DNA of 63,868 nucleotides, filler included, from Intoshia linei (Eukaryota > Animalia > Orthonectida): NCBI GenBank assembly GCA_001642005.1. It is 9 parts of 9 records of this genome, joined end to end, with 100 filler letters (N's around TTAATTAATTAA, not from the genome) between each part and the next. Parts side by side here need not be neighbours in the genome. Positions count along the whole stretch, not along the records: positions 1 to 30,365 come from LWCA01000364.1; 8 more parts are not named here. The stretch is one strand, 5' to 3'. A model generated the notes under the pieces. The model did no database searches. It was given only the letters and a program-made list of their open reading frames with translations, and had not been told where the DNA came from. Shown in pieces: positions 1 through 14,101 of this stretch. The position numbers and the translations under genes are program-made. Positions within the stretch are counted from its first letter, which is position 1. Every line of letters starts with the position of its first letter.

Positions 1-494
1 ATGTCTTTGGGCGTCCAATTTTATTATTTAATTTTTTTGACAAACGATTATTGAAATACGTTTGTATGCACTTCCTACTTCTTGCTAATGTTATCGCAAT
101 TTTCGACTGGCTATGCCCTTCCTCTATCATATAATCAATAATTCCCTTTTCCCGTTCATTTAAATATTTTCCTTTAGACATCTTTATCAAAAATTGTGTA
201 TTCTATATGTATTTATTAATTAGATATATTTTGAAATTAAAAAATTTAGCTTTAGTGCTAATTAATACCTAAAATATAATCTCTTAGAGCACTTTTGTCG
301 CGTGATCGATAATGACTATAAATATATTGGGGTAAATAGCGATAAATAATTGCCATAAATTATATTTATACACTTTGAAATGTCATATGTAAGTGACATT
401 TTATAAATTTATTAAATTTTATTTTAATTTTTATCCAGAAAATGGTTTTAATAGCATTTTTATAGAGTGCTCTAACGTTTTGTCAGGGGGTGTA
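1..494 (-). mobile_element. Tc3/Tc1-mariner transposon 5' end (TIR and transposase N-terminus), truncated by the window edge
   Basis: Minus-strand ORF from ATG 181: MSKGKYLNEREKGIIDYMIEEGHSQSKIAITLARSRKCIQTYFNNRLSKKLNNKIGRPK (Tc3-like HTH plus GRP motif). The element end CACCCCCTGACAAAACGTTAGAGCAC starts at 492 next to TA (493-494); a related TTAGAGCAC motif occurs near 284-300. Confidence 0.75.
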
Positions 495-700
495 TATGTA
501 GAATCTAAAATTTATTTTTGAGGTACATTGTCAACAGGGCCGTGTAAAGCTAAAAGCCTGGAAAAATAAAAACTGTAAACCATATATATAAAAAATTTGC
601 TGTCGTTCCAACATTTTTTAATCAACCCGCTAAAATTTACAATTAACTAGAAAAAAATACCAAAAATGTAAAATTTTTAAGAAATTTCCAACATTATCTG

Positions 701-3700
701 TTAATTAGTATGATTAGTATGTGGGTAGTATCCGTTCATATGACTCGGACCTCGTTTGGTTGATATGACCGCATCATATGATCCCATAATGTGAAATGAA
801 TAATCACCTAAATAACTACAATCTTCAACCTGTAACTTTATAGGTAAAATTTCATATTTAATGAAGCAATTTTTTTCCAAATCATTATACAATAAATGTG
901 TAACAATATCTTTAGATGCATAATTTTCAACAAAGAACTGTTTGAAATTATCCACTAATGATATATATTTTGAGTAAATTCCTCTGAGAATTTCATCGTT
1001 GTAACTAAATGCTACCTTTTCCAAAACTTTAATCTAAAATTTTCAAAATTAACAAAATTTAATTATTAATTATTAATATTATTATTTTTTTTATTTTTAA
1101 TTATTTATTTTTATTGTAAGTAAAATAAACGGAATTATCAGCCTTCATCAGTACAATGACTGTATGCAAAGAGTCGCCACACTTTTTTGATCATGGACCT
1201 CAAAAAAATAGTTATTTGTAAGTTCAGTAAAAAAAAATATATTAAAGTTCGATTCCGTTTTCAACACCTTTTTTGAAAAGTACCAATCGAGGGTAACGAA
1301 ATTATTTTGTTTTTACTGTATTGATTATTAACTAATAATAAAAATAAAAAATTACAAAAAACACAGACCCAAAACGTGAGTCACTGTGAGTACATTATTA
1401 ATTCAAAATTTATAGTCTAAACATTGTTTTGCCCCAGGAGTTCACATAGAAAAATTTGGCGATCTTTGCTATATATATTTATAATTAAAATTTTTGCTTA
1501 CTATTTTACATTAAAAGTTTTTTTAACAATTAAATATTCACCCTAATTTATTAACGTATTCTACTTCTACAAGCCAATAATTTTACATATAATTGACATT
1601 TACAAAAAATATTAAATAATAATACTAAATTTCAACCATACATTTTATCATACAAGTTTTATTATACTAATAAAATACATCAAAGTAAATTGACTTGTAG
1701 ATCTACAATACGTTATGCATTTAAGTGTTAAATGTAACCTTCAAATAGTATTTATCATTATTGCTCCACTCTGCAAGACTATTTAAATTTTCACAAAGAT
1801 TATTTTCGAATTTGATATTTTTAAAATATAAGCAAATGTCAACGCTGCATTTTATCAAATATATTCGAGCCAAAAATGATTCTTTTTCCGACTCTGAAAC
1901 AAGTAAATTGTTTTATACAAAATAACAACATATTGTAAAATAACAATGGTTCTTAAACCTCCCTTAAAACTAAATGGACCCTTTATTTCTTTCTAAATTT
2001 TTCGCGGAACCCTTAAAAATTTCTAAAGCATATTTATAATATATCTACTGTCTTTTCTCGATTATAAGAAGTCTTCTTATACATGTATTCGAGAGTAGAA
2101 GGAAAATTGCTTATAATCAAAAACAAGCAGACTTTTAATCAGACCTTAAAAAAAATAAAAAATACACTAAAAGTAATTTTCTAATTAGTATAAACTTATA
2201 AATTAGACATTCTATTGTATGAAAAAAGTTATTTTTTAAAGATAAATTGATATGTTGTCTATTTTTTGTTTAAAATTCGTTCTTTCGAAAACAAGCAGAA
2301 ACTGCTTATATTCAAAAATATTCAAATTTTATTTAGTTAAAAATTTGTATTTCAGGGGTCTGCTTATAATCAAGAAAAGATAGTAACATTTGATATTGAT
2401 TTGATTAATAATGGTAGAAATTAAGAAGTCAATATCTAAGATTAAAATCAAGATTTTAGAAATCTTAGAAAAAAATAAAAAATATTGATAGTTTTTAATT
2501 TTATTCAAAAATTTTGGCTGAAATTCAAAAGTCGCAGATTCTCAGAGTGATTTGAGTTTTTGACCTACAAGGTGCAAATTTCTTGGAATGAAATTTATGA
2601 ACAAAAAAATTACTGGAAAACCCTGTATTACCCTGTAGAATTTCTCCTTTTTAAAATTTTGATGTTTTATACATAAATAGTAAAAAATATTTCGCATAAC
2701 TTTCGAAAACCATACGGACCCTAGTTTAAGTAACATTTCAATATAAAAAACATAATTACCATTTTTTATTTCATTTTGATAACTAGTCATTAACTTTGAT
2801 ACATTTTCAACACTTTGATGTTGTAATATGAATTTTAAGATCTAAATTTGTGTAAATGTTAACGTTTTCAAAGAATAAAGATAATTCAAATTGACATCGT
2901 CTCATTCAGTGTTTTAAAATAAAATATAAATAGAAACCAGATTTTCATGTATAAATATATTAGAATATCCCAAAAATACACTTTTTTAAATGATCAAAAA
3001 TTATATTTCAGTATCATCATTATTGGTGATTATAAGATAGTATCTCGAATGTTAGAGCACAATTTTGCAATTTAACGACGAACGTTCACTTTTTTGAAGA
3101 AAATGTTTTAAATTTATAATTTTTTAATAATTTTATTTTTTTGTTAACTAAAATGTCTTTTACACATATAAAACTGAAACAATTTTGACTTTTAACTACA
3201 CGGCAGATATACAAGCGTGCTCTAAATATAAAAATTTTTTAAATTTTGTAGTGCATTTCGTATTTTTTTTTTTTTTTTCGTACATATTTTATTTTACGTT
3301 GTAGACCCAACTTTTCTAATTTTTTCGAAAATTGACATCATTACTGTGTAATACATGTGTGTATGTAATGTATATGTGTAATATTTAATATATCAATATA
3401 AAATTTATATTATAAATGTGTTTTAATCAAAGAAAATGTAATGGATCGGTCGGAAAATTTTTTCGATGTCGACGAGCGTGTATGAACAGGGAAATGTCGG
3501 ACCGTGGAGACTAATATTACAAAAAATAGTATTTTAAAATAAATATTAAAAGTCGGAAACGGGACTTTGTCAATATATCATTTCATTGTTACGTATATAG
3601 CAGTTATTTGACATTTTATAGAACAAAATGCTTGAACGATATATTCATGTTTAGATTGATCTAAAATTATTTATATTTTAAATAATAATTATTATTATAA

Positions 3701-6700
3701 TTAGTCAGTAAAGAGAATATGAGCTACATGTAAGAAAAATTATTAAAAAACGCCAATAATTTTCCAAGTAACTACGCCGACTGGGTTTTAAATTTATTAA
3801 AATGTAAATATACTATAAATTTCTATTTCTAGATGTATGCATGTATGTAATACATATGTCACTGCTTCTGATAAAAAAATTATGCTATAAAAAAAATTAT
3901 TTTAGTAAATTTTTTTTTTAGAGGTAAGTAGAATAGGTAAACAATGCTAGAATTCTAATAACCACGTTATGCATTCCACATGTAAATTTATAACCACATA
4001 TCAATTCATCAATATAATTTGAAAACAAAACACATTAATTAATATTATAATAATATCATGAGCACTATTAATAATACTTTGTAGATAGTGACATATTTGA
4101 ATACAAATTGATAAATCGTATAATTCTGGATCATTACTAAAAATTTAATATAAAGTTGTTTAAAATAACAAAATCCAGTTATATATACAAATTTATAAAA
4201 GTATCGTCAAACCTATTTTCTATTATTATTATAAATCTAAAAATAAAACTACACTATTACAGACTGCCCAAAGTCCGACCGACGACACGAATTTTTACAT
4301 TCCGCCGAATATATTATTCATAATTAATAAAGTAACAAGATCGCTAAAGTAAAAAACCAGTGTGTTCAATTCCAAAGTATGCTCTAAAACGGCCATATAA
4401 TGTACAAAACATGCATAAAATGTAACACTATAATTCAGGGTTTCCCTCACTTTTTTCACAGCGAATCGAAAATAAATTATATTAGAGTAAAATTACTAAG
4501 CAACATTAAAAAAAATTGATAAAAAACATAATAAATTGACTTTTAATTAGTAAAAATTTTTCACGAACCAGTACTGGTCCGACATATATATGGTACCAGC
4601 CATGGATATAACAATGAATTTAATTAAAATGGCCAGAAAATTATTAGATTTAAACTATCAGAATAATCTTTTTTTTAATTTTCAGACCGTTAATTATTTC
4701 ACATTTTTTGTTTTAATAAAATATTTCGAAAAAAAAATATATGAATACTAAAATGCTTTTTTGAACGTGAAGTCTTCACTTATTCGGATTGAAATTTTTT
4801 GTGTGTTAACAGGATACAACTGTACCGCCTGTAAATTTTTGAAATTCTAGGGCTGTTTTCATTAAAAAAAGAAGGGTAATTTGTGGTTTGCACTCTGAAG
4901 ATATAATTTTTTTAAATTTAAATTTATGATAATGATTATGATGTTAAAATCCGCATCAGCGTATATATTTTTTTAAATTCTCCTACTCGTTTGATTTTCA
5001 AAAAGAGGGACAATTGGAATTTTTGACCAATAAGATGTGAGTTTAGGAGGTTGAAATTTATCTTATACGTCTCGAAAAAAACTGTAATTGACATGTGGAC
5101 TTTATAAAATTCTAAGACTGGTAGTTATTTCAATAAAGTGGAATATACAAACAAAAATCGTGTAGCATATTATAAAAGTTAAAATGTGCGGACCAGCATT
5201 TGGAAAACTCTGATATAATTAATAAACATACAAATATTGACAGAAAAAAAAATTTAAAAAATATAATCCAAGAAATAATACCTAAACGTTGAATAATTTG
5301 GTAAATTAATGCTATAGAAATTATAATGTTCGTCGTATAACCAAAAATTTGTGTTATATTTGGATAAAGATTTTTTACAAAACACAGAGGATTTTTTAAT
5401 AATTTTTAACATTGTATTAGACTCAAAAATCAAATTGCTGTCTTGATAAATCTAAAACATAAATTGATTGACATGAAAATGTTAATTATATATATCTTTT
5501 ATTGTGACCAGTCTAACGCACACATGGGATAGGTCTGACATTTAATAAAAATAAAGAATAATGAAATTTTTTTCTAAATTTTATCCACTAGAGGTGAAAG
5601 TGAAATAGATGTCAAAAAATGTTTAATGACATATGTGAAAATGGAATATAAAAAAAAAACAATGATACAGTATTCTCTCTCAAGTTGACCAATGTACTTG
5701 ATACAATTTTGCAATATAACAAAAAGCTAAACCTATAAGTAATATACAATACAATAATACAATGTATAATAATATACATTTTTCTCTGAAAATTTTCATA
5801 CCTTGAACCCAGTTAGCATTACCAATAAAAATTAATCTTTTTAAAAAACTAAGTAAAACTAGAGAAGCGTATCCAAACAGTTGTTGACGAACTGTAGAGA
5901 GAATATTGTATTTGTCTTATTTTAAAATTCATTAATATTCTAGTTAAAATTTTCTATCGATTCGTGCTTAATGTTTGAAAGTAGATGACCGGTGGTAATC
6001 CTTATCCCAATGAAATCTTGACATTAAATAAATGTTGGTAATTAATTTTTTATGATTAATCCAGTGTTCGTCACAGTGGGTATGACAAGAAACATTGAAA
6101 TTTTTTTCACATATACAAAAGTATTATTTCATCTATACATCTATGAACAATAAAAAAATAATATTTGTAGAAAATTTTGTTCCCACAGTTAAAATGAAAA
6201 AAGTGACGACCACTGAACTAATTTATAACTAAAATTACACTAAAAATATTTTCATTTTTTAGATAATAATAAAAAACTAAACGAGATTTAAAATGTTTTA
6301 AATTGAATTTTTTTTCAAGGTAAATTTTCCCGTCATTCAAAATGTTTTCTGGATTTACATATTTTGAATCGAATTTTTCAAAGGAAGGAGTAATCAAATT
6401 AATAATACCACAATTTTGACTTTTATGCTCTAAAAATATAATAAAGACAATGACAGATATAACGGATAAACCATCGTTTGCAAAATAGAGTCTAATAAAA
6501 TATACAAGATATTCCCGACAAAATGAATAATATATGATCTAATTATCCATCTTCTAATATAAATAATAAATTCGGACGAAACAAGATATCTACTCAAATG
6601 AAGAATTTTAAATTGTACAACGGTGATTCAAACATTTATTTTAGAAAATTTCGTTGCATTTAATCGTTTCAGACAGGAGTTCTCAACCTTTTTAAACCAA

Positions 6701-9576
6701 CTCCCCCATTCCACCATAATTCATAAATTTCTAAATCACGACCCCTATGATAAAATGAACTATAATTTTTATAACATCAATAATAATGGAAAAAAAAGGT
6801 AAATAATTTTTATTTATTTCCATCCGACCAATGCACCCGGTGATTAAGTGAAAATTCCTTAATTCTAGTTGTATGCTCATTAATTTAATAACAATATATT
6901 CTATTTGACATACATTTGTTATATTATTGAAGGTTCACATTCCATAATACCAAATACATAATGACTAAATTTTTTTGTCAACAATATCAAAAATAATATA
7001 TTTGACATTTTTAATAATATTGGTTGCAGCGCCGCTATATTTTTAAAACGACCCCTGGAAGGGGGCTAACTCCCACGTTAAACCACTTATTTAAGATACA
7101 TTACTTGAAATTGTGATACAATCATCATTATAAATGTCTTCAATTTTAGCAAATTGACCATTACATGGTGGATGGTACTGAAATAAATAATTTCCACAAG
7201 AAATAACAGAAAAACGTCGGCATGATGAAATGCTTACTTTTGGCATAATGTTCAAATTTTCGTTCATAACTTTAAACGTTCTAAATAAAAACATATTACA
7301 AATATCTACATTTACTATTTAAAAAAGTATATTATTTACTTATTCAACACTTTGACAAATCCATCGTCCACAATTTCATCGTTATTAAAGAATAAGTATC
7401 TACAATTAAAAATACAAATTCGAATACAATTTCAAATATTTTCAATGTGGTCCACCCAAATCAGTGTCCCAGATAATTTCGATGATCGCTATGAGCCATC
7501 TAACAAACGGAAAATACAAAATCCGATTTTACCAATCTTATCCAGAAATTTTCCCTTAGGGTTTGTAAAAGTGGGTGTTTCCCTTAAGGGTGAATAAAAT
7601 TGGAATTTTAGTAACAATGGATAAATGGGAATATTCTCATTGATTATTTATCACCAAACTTGAATATAATTTAAGTGGTCCGTGTATATTAAAAAAATCT
7701 TTAAAAATTAAAATTTCTACGTTTTTTAGAGCACATTTATTCAATCAATTTTTAAATATTTGGAGATAATTTTGAAACTAAAACTTTGTAGTTTTTGAGT
7801 GAACATTTTAAAAATTTTAAAGGATCTTCAAAATATTTTAAAATTGGTAAAAAAATAAATATTCGGAACGTTTCGACAATGAATTTGACATTGGAACGTT
7901 GTTTGTATGATTAAACTCTAAGAAACTAAAAAAATTACACAATCACGCCATATGCCATTTCTTTTAAAACACTTTTGACAGTTAAATTTGACCTTTTCTG
8001 AAAAATAAAATATTTTTACTATATTAATACTATTAATAAATTGTATCTTTTAAATAATTGGAACAGGGACCGGCAACCAGTGGTCCACAGAATAATTTTG
8101 GTAACCCTTTGAGTACCTATGTTAATTATTTCTTTTTAAATTTTTCAACTTTTAAACACTTTTCTACTATAATTTTATCATTTTAACTTTAAATTTTCAG
8201 ATCGCCGGGATATTATTTTGTTGAATATACTAGAACTGCTTCTCTTCAGTTAAAATTAAAATTTATCATGTGTAAATTGTCAAAAACGGGACCCTTAGAA
8301 TTTTTTTATAAAAAAAGTGGCCCACGCGATGTAAAAAGTTGCCGACCCCTGAATTAGGGAAAATAAAAATATCAATTTAACATAAAAGTCCATGAATTTT
8401 TATAAAAATATAATGTAAATAAATTTGGTAAATATAATTAACTAAAACAGTAATTTTTTCTGAAAATCTATCTTTCATGCCGTGTTAATTCACGCCCTCC
8501 TATGCTAAAAATACAATAACCAAAAAATTAAAAAGAATAAATTTTTTTACATTTTGTTAATAACCCATGAATCGTAGACTATAAAAATGTGTGCACTAAT
8601 TAATTATTAATATATTAAAAATTACAGTAAAAGTAATTAATTCAACTTTTTCTTGCGAAATCAACAAAAATGTGTAATACCGTCGATTACATAATAATCC
8701 GTCTCTCAAAACATTTAAATCTATACACATTTTAATATTTTCAATGACTATTTAAATTTCATGGAAAAATTACCAAAATAAACAGCATCCAATACATCAC
8801 AATTAAAATTAATGCAAAAACCCGTTAATACTTCAAAAAAATTTGATTTAGTATTGAGTAGAAAATGATAATCAAAATCATTTTTGTGGTCACTAAAATC
8901 AAAAAAGTGAAAATTACAAAATGTAATGTAAAAAAATTTACTTTATAAGTTTTCTATTTTGTTGAACAATAGTTAAAATATTGGAAACTAATGTTAAAAT
9001 TGCAGCACTTTTGTGAATTATCCATAATTCATGTTTCTATTAAAAAAATAAAAAAAGATAAAAATATATTATATAAAAAATTAAAAGAAACCTTATTCAA
9101 ATCATTCATAACAGAAAAGAAACGGAGAATAGGTTCATGTCTGAATAAAAAAGAAATAATCACATATCCGTCCTAAGATTATGTTCAATGAATTTTTCAA
9201 AAATTTTACTTTGGTAAATATATAAATACGTCCATTAGTACATCCAACAAGTATATCAACATGATTTCTACGCAAAAGTATTATTAAAATAAAAGTTTAA
9301 AAATCTCAACAAAAATATACCCGTATATTTCATTTTGATAAAAAAAATCAAAACAATTAATTTTATATTGAGATATTTTACAAATTTTAATCTTTTTGTC
9401 ATTTTTCAAATCTATAGTCAAATAAAATAAAATATTAATACAAATTCACCCTTTAGTATTAAATGTTCATCATTTCTATATAAAATATGAGTTTCGTCAT
9501 GATGTAACAGTTTTTCAGATCCAATATTTTCTAAATATTATTAAATCAAGTCTTATACTTTTTCAAATTCAGACAT
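701..9576 (-). CDS. Multi-exon gene of unknown function, head-to-head with UBE2N; possibly a beta-propeller/WD40-like N-terminus; model incomplete
   Basis: Phase-compatible exons with short GT-AG introns: MSEFEK (ATG 9576) | KILDLKNCYIMTKLIFYIENDEHLILK | DLKNDKKIKICK...NEIYG | NHVDILVGCTNG; YLFFNNDEIVDDGFVKVLN (~7341-7399) | TFKVMNENL...ISSN (~7102-7281); CGDSLHTVIVLMKADNS (1131-1181) | last exon IKVLEKVAFSY...HTNHTN* (701-1033). That all exons belong to one gene is inferred. Confidence 0.45.
2046..2385. mobile_element. pogo/Tc2-type MITE with TA flanks
   Basis: TIRs TA|CTGTCTTTTCTCGATTATAAG and CTTATAATCAAGAAAAGATAG|TA; internal GCTTATAATC and AAACAAGCAG repeats. Confidence 0.75.
4640..5175 (-). 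mobile_element. Copy of non-autonomous Helitron-like repeat family
   Basis: Reverse complement matches the copies at 29361-30175 and 45108-45650 (e.g. AAAACAGCCCTAGAATTTCAAAAAATTTACAGG, GCTGATGCGGATTTTAA). Confidence 0.8.
5666..5910. mobile_element. Tigger/pogo-type MITE with TA flanks
   Basis: TA|CAGTATTCTCTCT ... AGAGAGAATATTG|TA; same TIR family as 49348-49513. Confidence 0.65.
8064..8351. mobile_element. hAT-type MITE (second copy at 58730-59006)
   Basis: TIRs CAGGGACCGGCAAC / GTTGCCGACCCCTG; internal sequence clearly homologous to 58730-59006; TSD degraded. Confidence 0.7.
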
Positions 9577-9855
9577 GTACAAATTTTAGACTACAGTAGC
9601 CAAGTATGTATTACCAGAAAAATGATGTTCATTATTTTGATTATTATTATTATTATCGTTATTTGAGTAAATTCTGTTTATAATTGAACACATAAATCCG
9701 TTAAACTCTAATGTTAATATTACAAATAAATACAAATATATATAAGAATTAATTTATAAATTACAAAGTAAACTTGATTGCCTGGTTGTTATAACTTAAC
9801 TAAGCGTCCCATTTTTTTGGATTTATTTTGTAAATAAACTTTTCATTTAAAGCAG

Positions 9856-12800
9856 ATGAATAAGAGAATTTTAAAAGTATTTTGATCGTTTTTATCATTT
9901 ATAAATAAATTTTAATAGGAAACTGAAAGATTACAAACTACGCCTATTGATGGGTTTATTATTAAATTGAATCCCACAAATAATCGATGTTTTGAAGCAA
10001 TTATGCATGGACCTCCAGATGTAATTTATATAAGGATTATTTTATTTCTTTGTTTTTTGTAGAGTCCATATGAAGATGCTAGTTTTCAATTAAAACTGTT
10101 TTTACCTGAAAAATATCCTATGGTTGCTCCTAAAATTAGATTCATTTCTAAAATATATCATCCAAATATTGACAATGTTGGAAGAATTTGTCTGGATATT
10201 TTAAAGGGTATTTTTTACTTTCTGGTGTTAATAAGTAGACAATTTTCGTGATATATTATTAATGTATTTATAATTATGATTTATTTACATTGTTAACAGG
10301 TGAACTTTACATTGTAAAGTCATAGAACGAGAAATTTAGAATATTAAAAGAAAAAAGTTGCAGAGTAAATTTTCAAAAAAATTGTTTATAATTATTTTTA
10401 CTAGCAATTTAATTAATTGAAGATTTTACAGTAATTTTTAAGAGAATTTAAGAAAGCGACCAAAAAAGCCTATGGGCTATTTTAGTTTATTTTAAATGAC
10501 ATTTAAACCCAAAAATACAGGATTGTATAAGTTATAAATTATAACTATGTTGGAAAAAAATATTGGTGACATTTAATTTTTAGGAATTTTTTTGGATTAA
10601 GGTGTCGACATTGTAGATTGGGCGCTGAGTAACGTAAATAGCAGTATGAATTGTAATATTATATTATTTTGATAAAATGGCGACATTGCGATTACTGAGT
10701 GTTGTGGCTTTTTTACTAGGATATTGGAAAAATTAAAAAAAATATTATCTATCATGTTTTATTTGAGTTTATTTTATATTTATAATTGTAGTTAATAATA
10801 ACTAGTTATTGCAGACGTTTCAATGACAACGAAATTATCATAATATGTTAATTTTTTTTTTTATTGATAGCTTAATTAATTGCATGTTTTATGATGATTT
10901 GATAATATTTTTATACTTTTGTGGTCAACTCAGTTTATAAAATAATCTACTTCACTGAAAATTTAGGAATCGAAAAAATTAAATTTGTAGTTTAAAATTT
11001 CATTTAAATTATTTAAAAGGATAACAAATTATTTTAAATGTATCGCTTCTCGAGCTTTTGGCTCGGATCAAAAAGTGTAGTATCTGTTCTTACAAGCGTA
11101 ATTTCTTGTACGCTACCCACGTGGTAGCACAGAAGTTATCCCTATTTTTAGATCTTGGTGATTGTTTCCTGCTTGCAGGTTCTGCACCACGGGTTGTCGT
11201 GTTCTTGCACTATTTACGTGTACAGCCCATTTATCAATTAAAAAAGAATCATTACTTGTTTATTATTGAGTAAAACATAAATTTTTTACTTACAGTTTAG
11301 CTCTACTAATCAATTAATACGTTGAAATTAAAATTTTCTGTTTTTATGAATTATTTTTAACTAAAATTTGTAATTATTTTATATTTTATTTAACTACTAA
11401 TCGTTAGTCTAACGGTGCATTGGTATACTGTAGTAACCAGAGTTGCCGGAAAATATATCGTGTATCATGAAGTTCATCGATATACCTATTCAAAATTCTC
11501 ATATATTCAACAGAATTAACTTTAATAGCACAACTTACAATGATTCTTTGTCCATCTTCTTTTATGGCACCCCATATCATAATACTGCTGCTGAATTTTA
11601 CCGTACTATTAATGTGGGTGTACCTACTATGACGCTTTTTGGTACGTCTAACATATTTCGAGCCCTTGAAAATAAATTAAATTTACTTTTGTTACTAAAA
11701 ATCACTAAATTCCAGTTCATTGATGACCAGTCAATACGATTTAGACACCATTGTAATCTTTTCTATTTTTTTGTAGAAGTTAGAAATGGTTTCTTTGTTG
11801 CAACTCTTCCAAAACGTCTACCTCTGCTTAAATTTCGTTATATGGTATCAATACTGATATTTGCTTTCAATGGAAGCTGTGATTTTAATTGAGATGCTGT
11901 CATAAATGCGTCTTATTTGGACGAAAATTTTGGTCTCTGGCATGTAAAACATGTGGACGTCCTGATCTCTTTATATTTTTGAGAGGAATACCATTGTTAT
12001 GTTTTTTTATCATTTCCTGAACTGCACATCTTGATATTGAAAGCTTTCGGGCGATTTTTGTCTGCGGGTAACCTTTTTTGTAAAAATCGACTATTAATTT
12101 ACTTTTTTCTATGCTAATTTGTGGCATCTGTAGTGTCTAATATTCTTATAACTATAATAAAAATTATTTGCATACCAATGAAGAATAAACGGTTCAAAAT
12201 AGCAAGTGCCTAAAACTTTTACACTGGAAAAAATCCCTCTATCTGACCGCCAAGAAAAAACTAATTTAACTAACACTTAAAGAAAAAATCCACTTTTACC
12301 AATATTTTTTTGAAAAATCCAATTTTACCAAACTTTTAGGCATATTGCTGAAAATCTAATGTTGTGTCACTTCCAGCTTCATATATGGTAGAAGCGGGAT
12401 TTAGCCATTTTTTGTTATTAGGAAAACATAAAATGCCTTAATGTTGAAAAACGTGGAGACTTACGTTTTAAGATCACAAACTTATTCATTAACTTTGACA
12501 AATTAATTAAATCTACTAATTTAAATGCACAGCGGCGCTGTAACATAAAAAAGATTAAGAAACATGGTTTAATTACTTGTAATTACCATCGGTAGTATAT
12601 GTATGCCTATGTTATAACTTTAAATTAGACAAGTGGACCCCAGCTTTACAAATACGAACCATTCTTATGTCTGTTAGGGTTCTGGTAGCTGTACCAAATC
12701 TGGATGATCCTCTTGTGGAGTATATTGCGAAGCATTTCAAAGACAACCTTAAAGATGCCGAAGAAAAAGGTTTCATTTATTTATATACATGTGTTATACT

Positions 12801-12863
12801 AATAATTTAGCTAAACAAATGTCCAAACTTTATGCCCTTCCGAAAAATGCTAATTTTAAATAA
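9856..12863 (+). CDS. UBE2N: Ubiquitin-conjugating enzyme E2 N (Ubc13)-like, 5 exons
   Basis: Exons 9856-9876, 9919-10020, 10063-10207, 12629-12769, 12811-12863 splice in frame: MNKRILK|[12 protein letters not shown]...HGPPD|[48 protein letters not shown]|[29 protein letters not shown]...|[17 protein letters not shown]. The HPN motif, catalytic Cys in GRICLDIL and the Ubc13-type KW.PALQIRT signature are present. Confidence 0.85.
11039..11277. mobile_element. Candidate solo LTR
   Basis: GC-richer 239-bp block TGTATCG...GAGTAAAACA (TG...CA) flanked by 4-bp direct repeats TAAA (11035-11038, 11278-11281), with an AATTAAA near the right end. Confidence 0.5.
11410..12230 (-). mobile_element. Degenerate Tc1-like transposon in UBE2N intron 3
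   Basis: ORF 12127-11900 [13 protein letters not shown]...[13 protein letters not shown]...RSGRP; frameshifted continuation [21 protein letters not shown]...[15 protein letters not shown] (decayed FSDESKF) with stops. Confidence 0.85.
12340..12520 (+). mobile_element. hAT (Charlie/Buster-type) transposase C-terminal dimerisation fragment
   Basis: [12 protein letters not shown] and [16 protein letters not shown]...FDKLIK match the hAT C-terminal pattern; frameshifted. Confidence 0.65.
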
Positions 12864-13091
12864 TTTGTATAGTCCATTGTAAAGTTTGCAATACAATATT
12901 TACTAATTATTTTTTAATATTACCACGTGCAGTTAATATAATTATAATACTAGCTTCACTGTTATGAATGTTATGTGCTTCGTATAAACCATAACTAGCT
13001 TTGCTGAGGGTTGATTTTTTTAGTTCGATGAAAAAAATATATTCAACCTTACATAAAAATGCTACTATTCACTATTACTAATACTTTAAAC

Positions 13092-13358
13092 CAGTGGCCA
13101 CTAAACTTTTTGACATGGGAGCCGGAATAACTAAAAGAAACCCACGAGCCAAATGGAAAATATGCATAACGGTATTTTAAATTACGATTTAAAATTTACG
13201 TTAATGAATTAATAAATTTCATAATCTAGAAATGACGAGTCGATACTATCGACTCGATAGTATATATTTAATATCTATGTCGATGATAATTTGTAAGATA
13301 TCATCGGTGTATATTGTAGTAGATTTTTAATTTGCGGGTCGTAGTTTAGTGGCGACTG
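13092..13358. mobile_element. hAT-type MITE with perfect 8-bp TSD
   Basis: TIRs CAGTGGCCACTAAACT / AGTTTAGTGGCGACTG; TSD CTTTAAAC at 13084-13091 and 13359-13366. Confidence 0.9.
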
Positions 13359-14101
13359 CTTTAAACTTGTGACCAAACTTGTTTAACCATATCAAATATA
13401 TTGTTTCATTAACTGTTCAAATTTAAAGTGAACTATTCACACTTAATTTTATTTTGTTAATATTTGTACGATGTAATTTTGTCATGCGATATTTTTAATT
13501 TATTAGAAAGAATCCGTGTAATAATCTTGAAAGTAATGTAAAAACTACAATCGTAAAAATGATGATAAATAACATGAATTATAAAAAAAGAAAATTTTCA
13601 ATATTTAATGGATTCACCCCATTTGAAAACATTTTTCGGATGTAGGAATGTTATCAACATTAAAATAAATAACAAAATGTATTAAATGTGATATTATTTT
13701 AAATTCTACGACTTAGCTTTTACCATTTTTCAAATTAATGGGTAATTTGTGGTTTTCGTTGTGAAGAATATAAGTATGAATTTAATATAAGATTTTGAGG
13801 TTCAAATGTATATTTCTCATCATTTAAAAAAAAGTGTATAATTCCAAGTTTTGACCGTGAAGGACTCAATTTCGGAAAATAAAATTTACGATAATAAAAA
13901 CCTCCTACTCTCTGAAATTAATGGTAACAAACATATAATTTTTACTTAATCTTTACTTATTTATTTTAATTAATATTTAAAACCCTATTCTTGTTCGCAG
14001 CCTAGACATACTAATTGAATATTTTTAATTTTTAATTTTTATTAGTAAAAATGAATATATATAATTTTCGTTAGTATTACTATAAACTATAAATTAACCA
14101 A

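Noticed and set aside
1131-1198. Box C/D snoRNA (ATGATCA...CTGATGA...CTGA on the minus strand)
   Set aside because: The segment reads as a phase-compatible exon (CGDSLHTVIVLMKADNS) with AG/GT boundaries; the box spacing is poor and there is no clear terminal stem.
11443-11892. 149-aa plus-strand ORF
   Set aside because: Antisense shadow of the Tc1 transposase.
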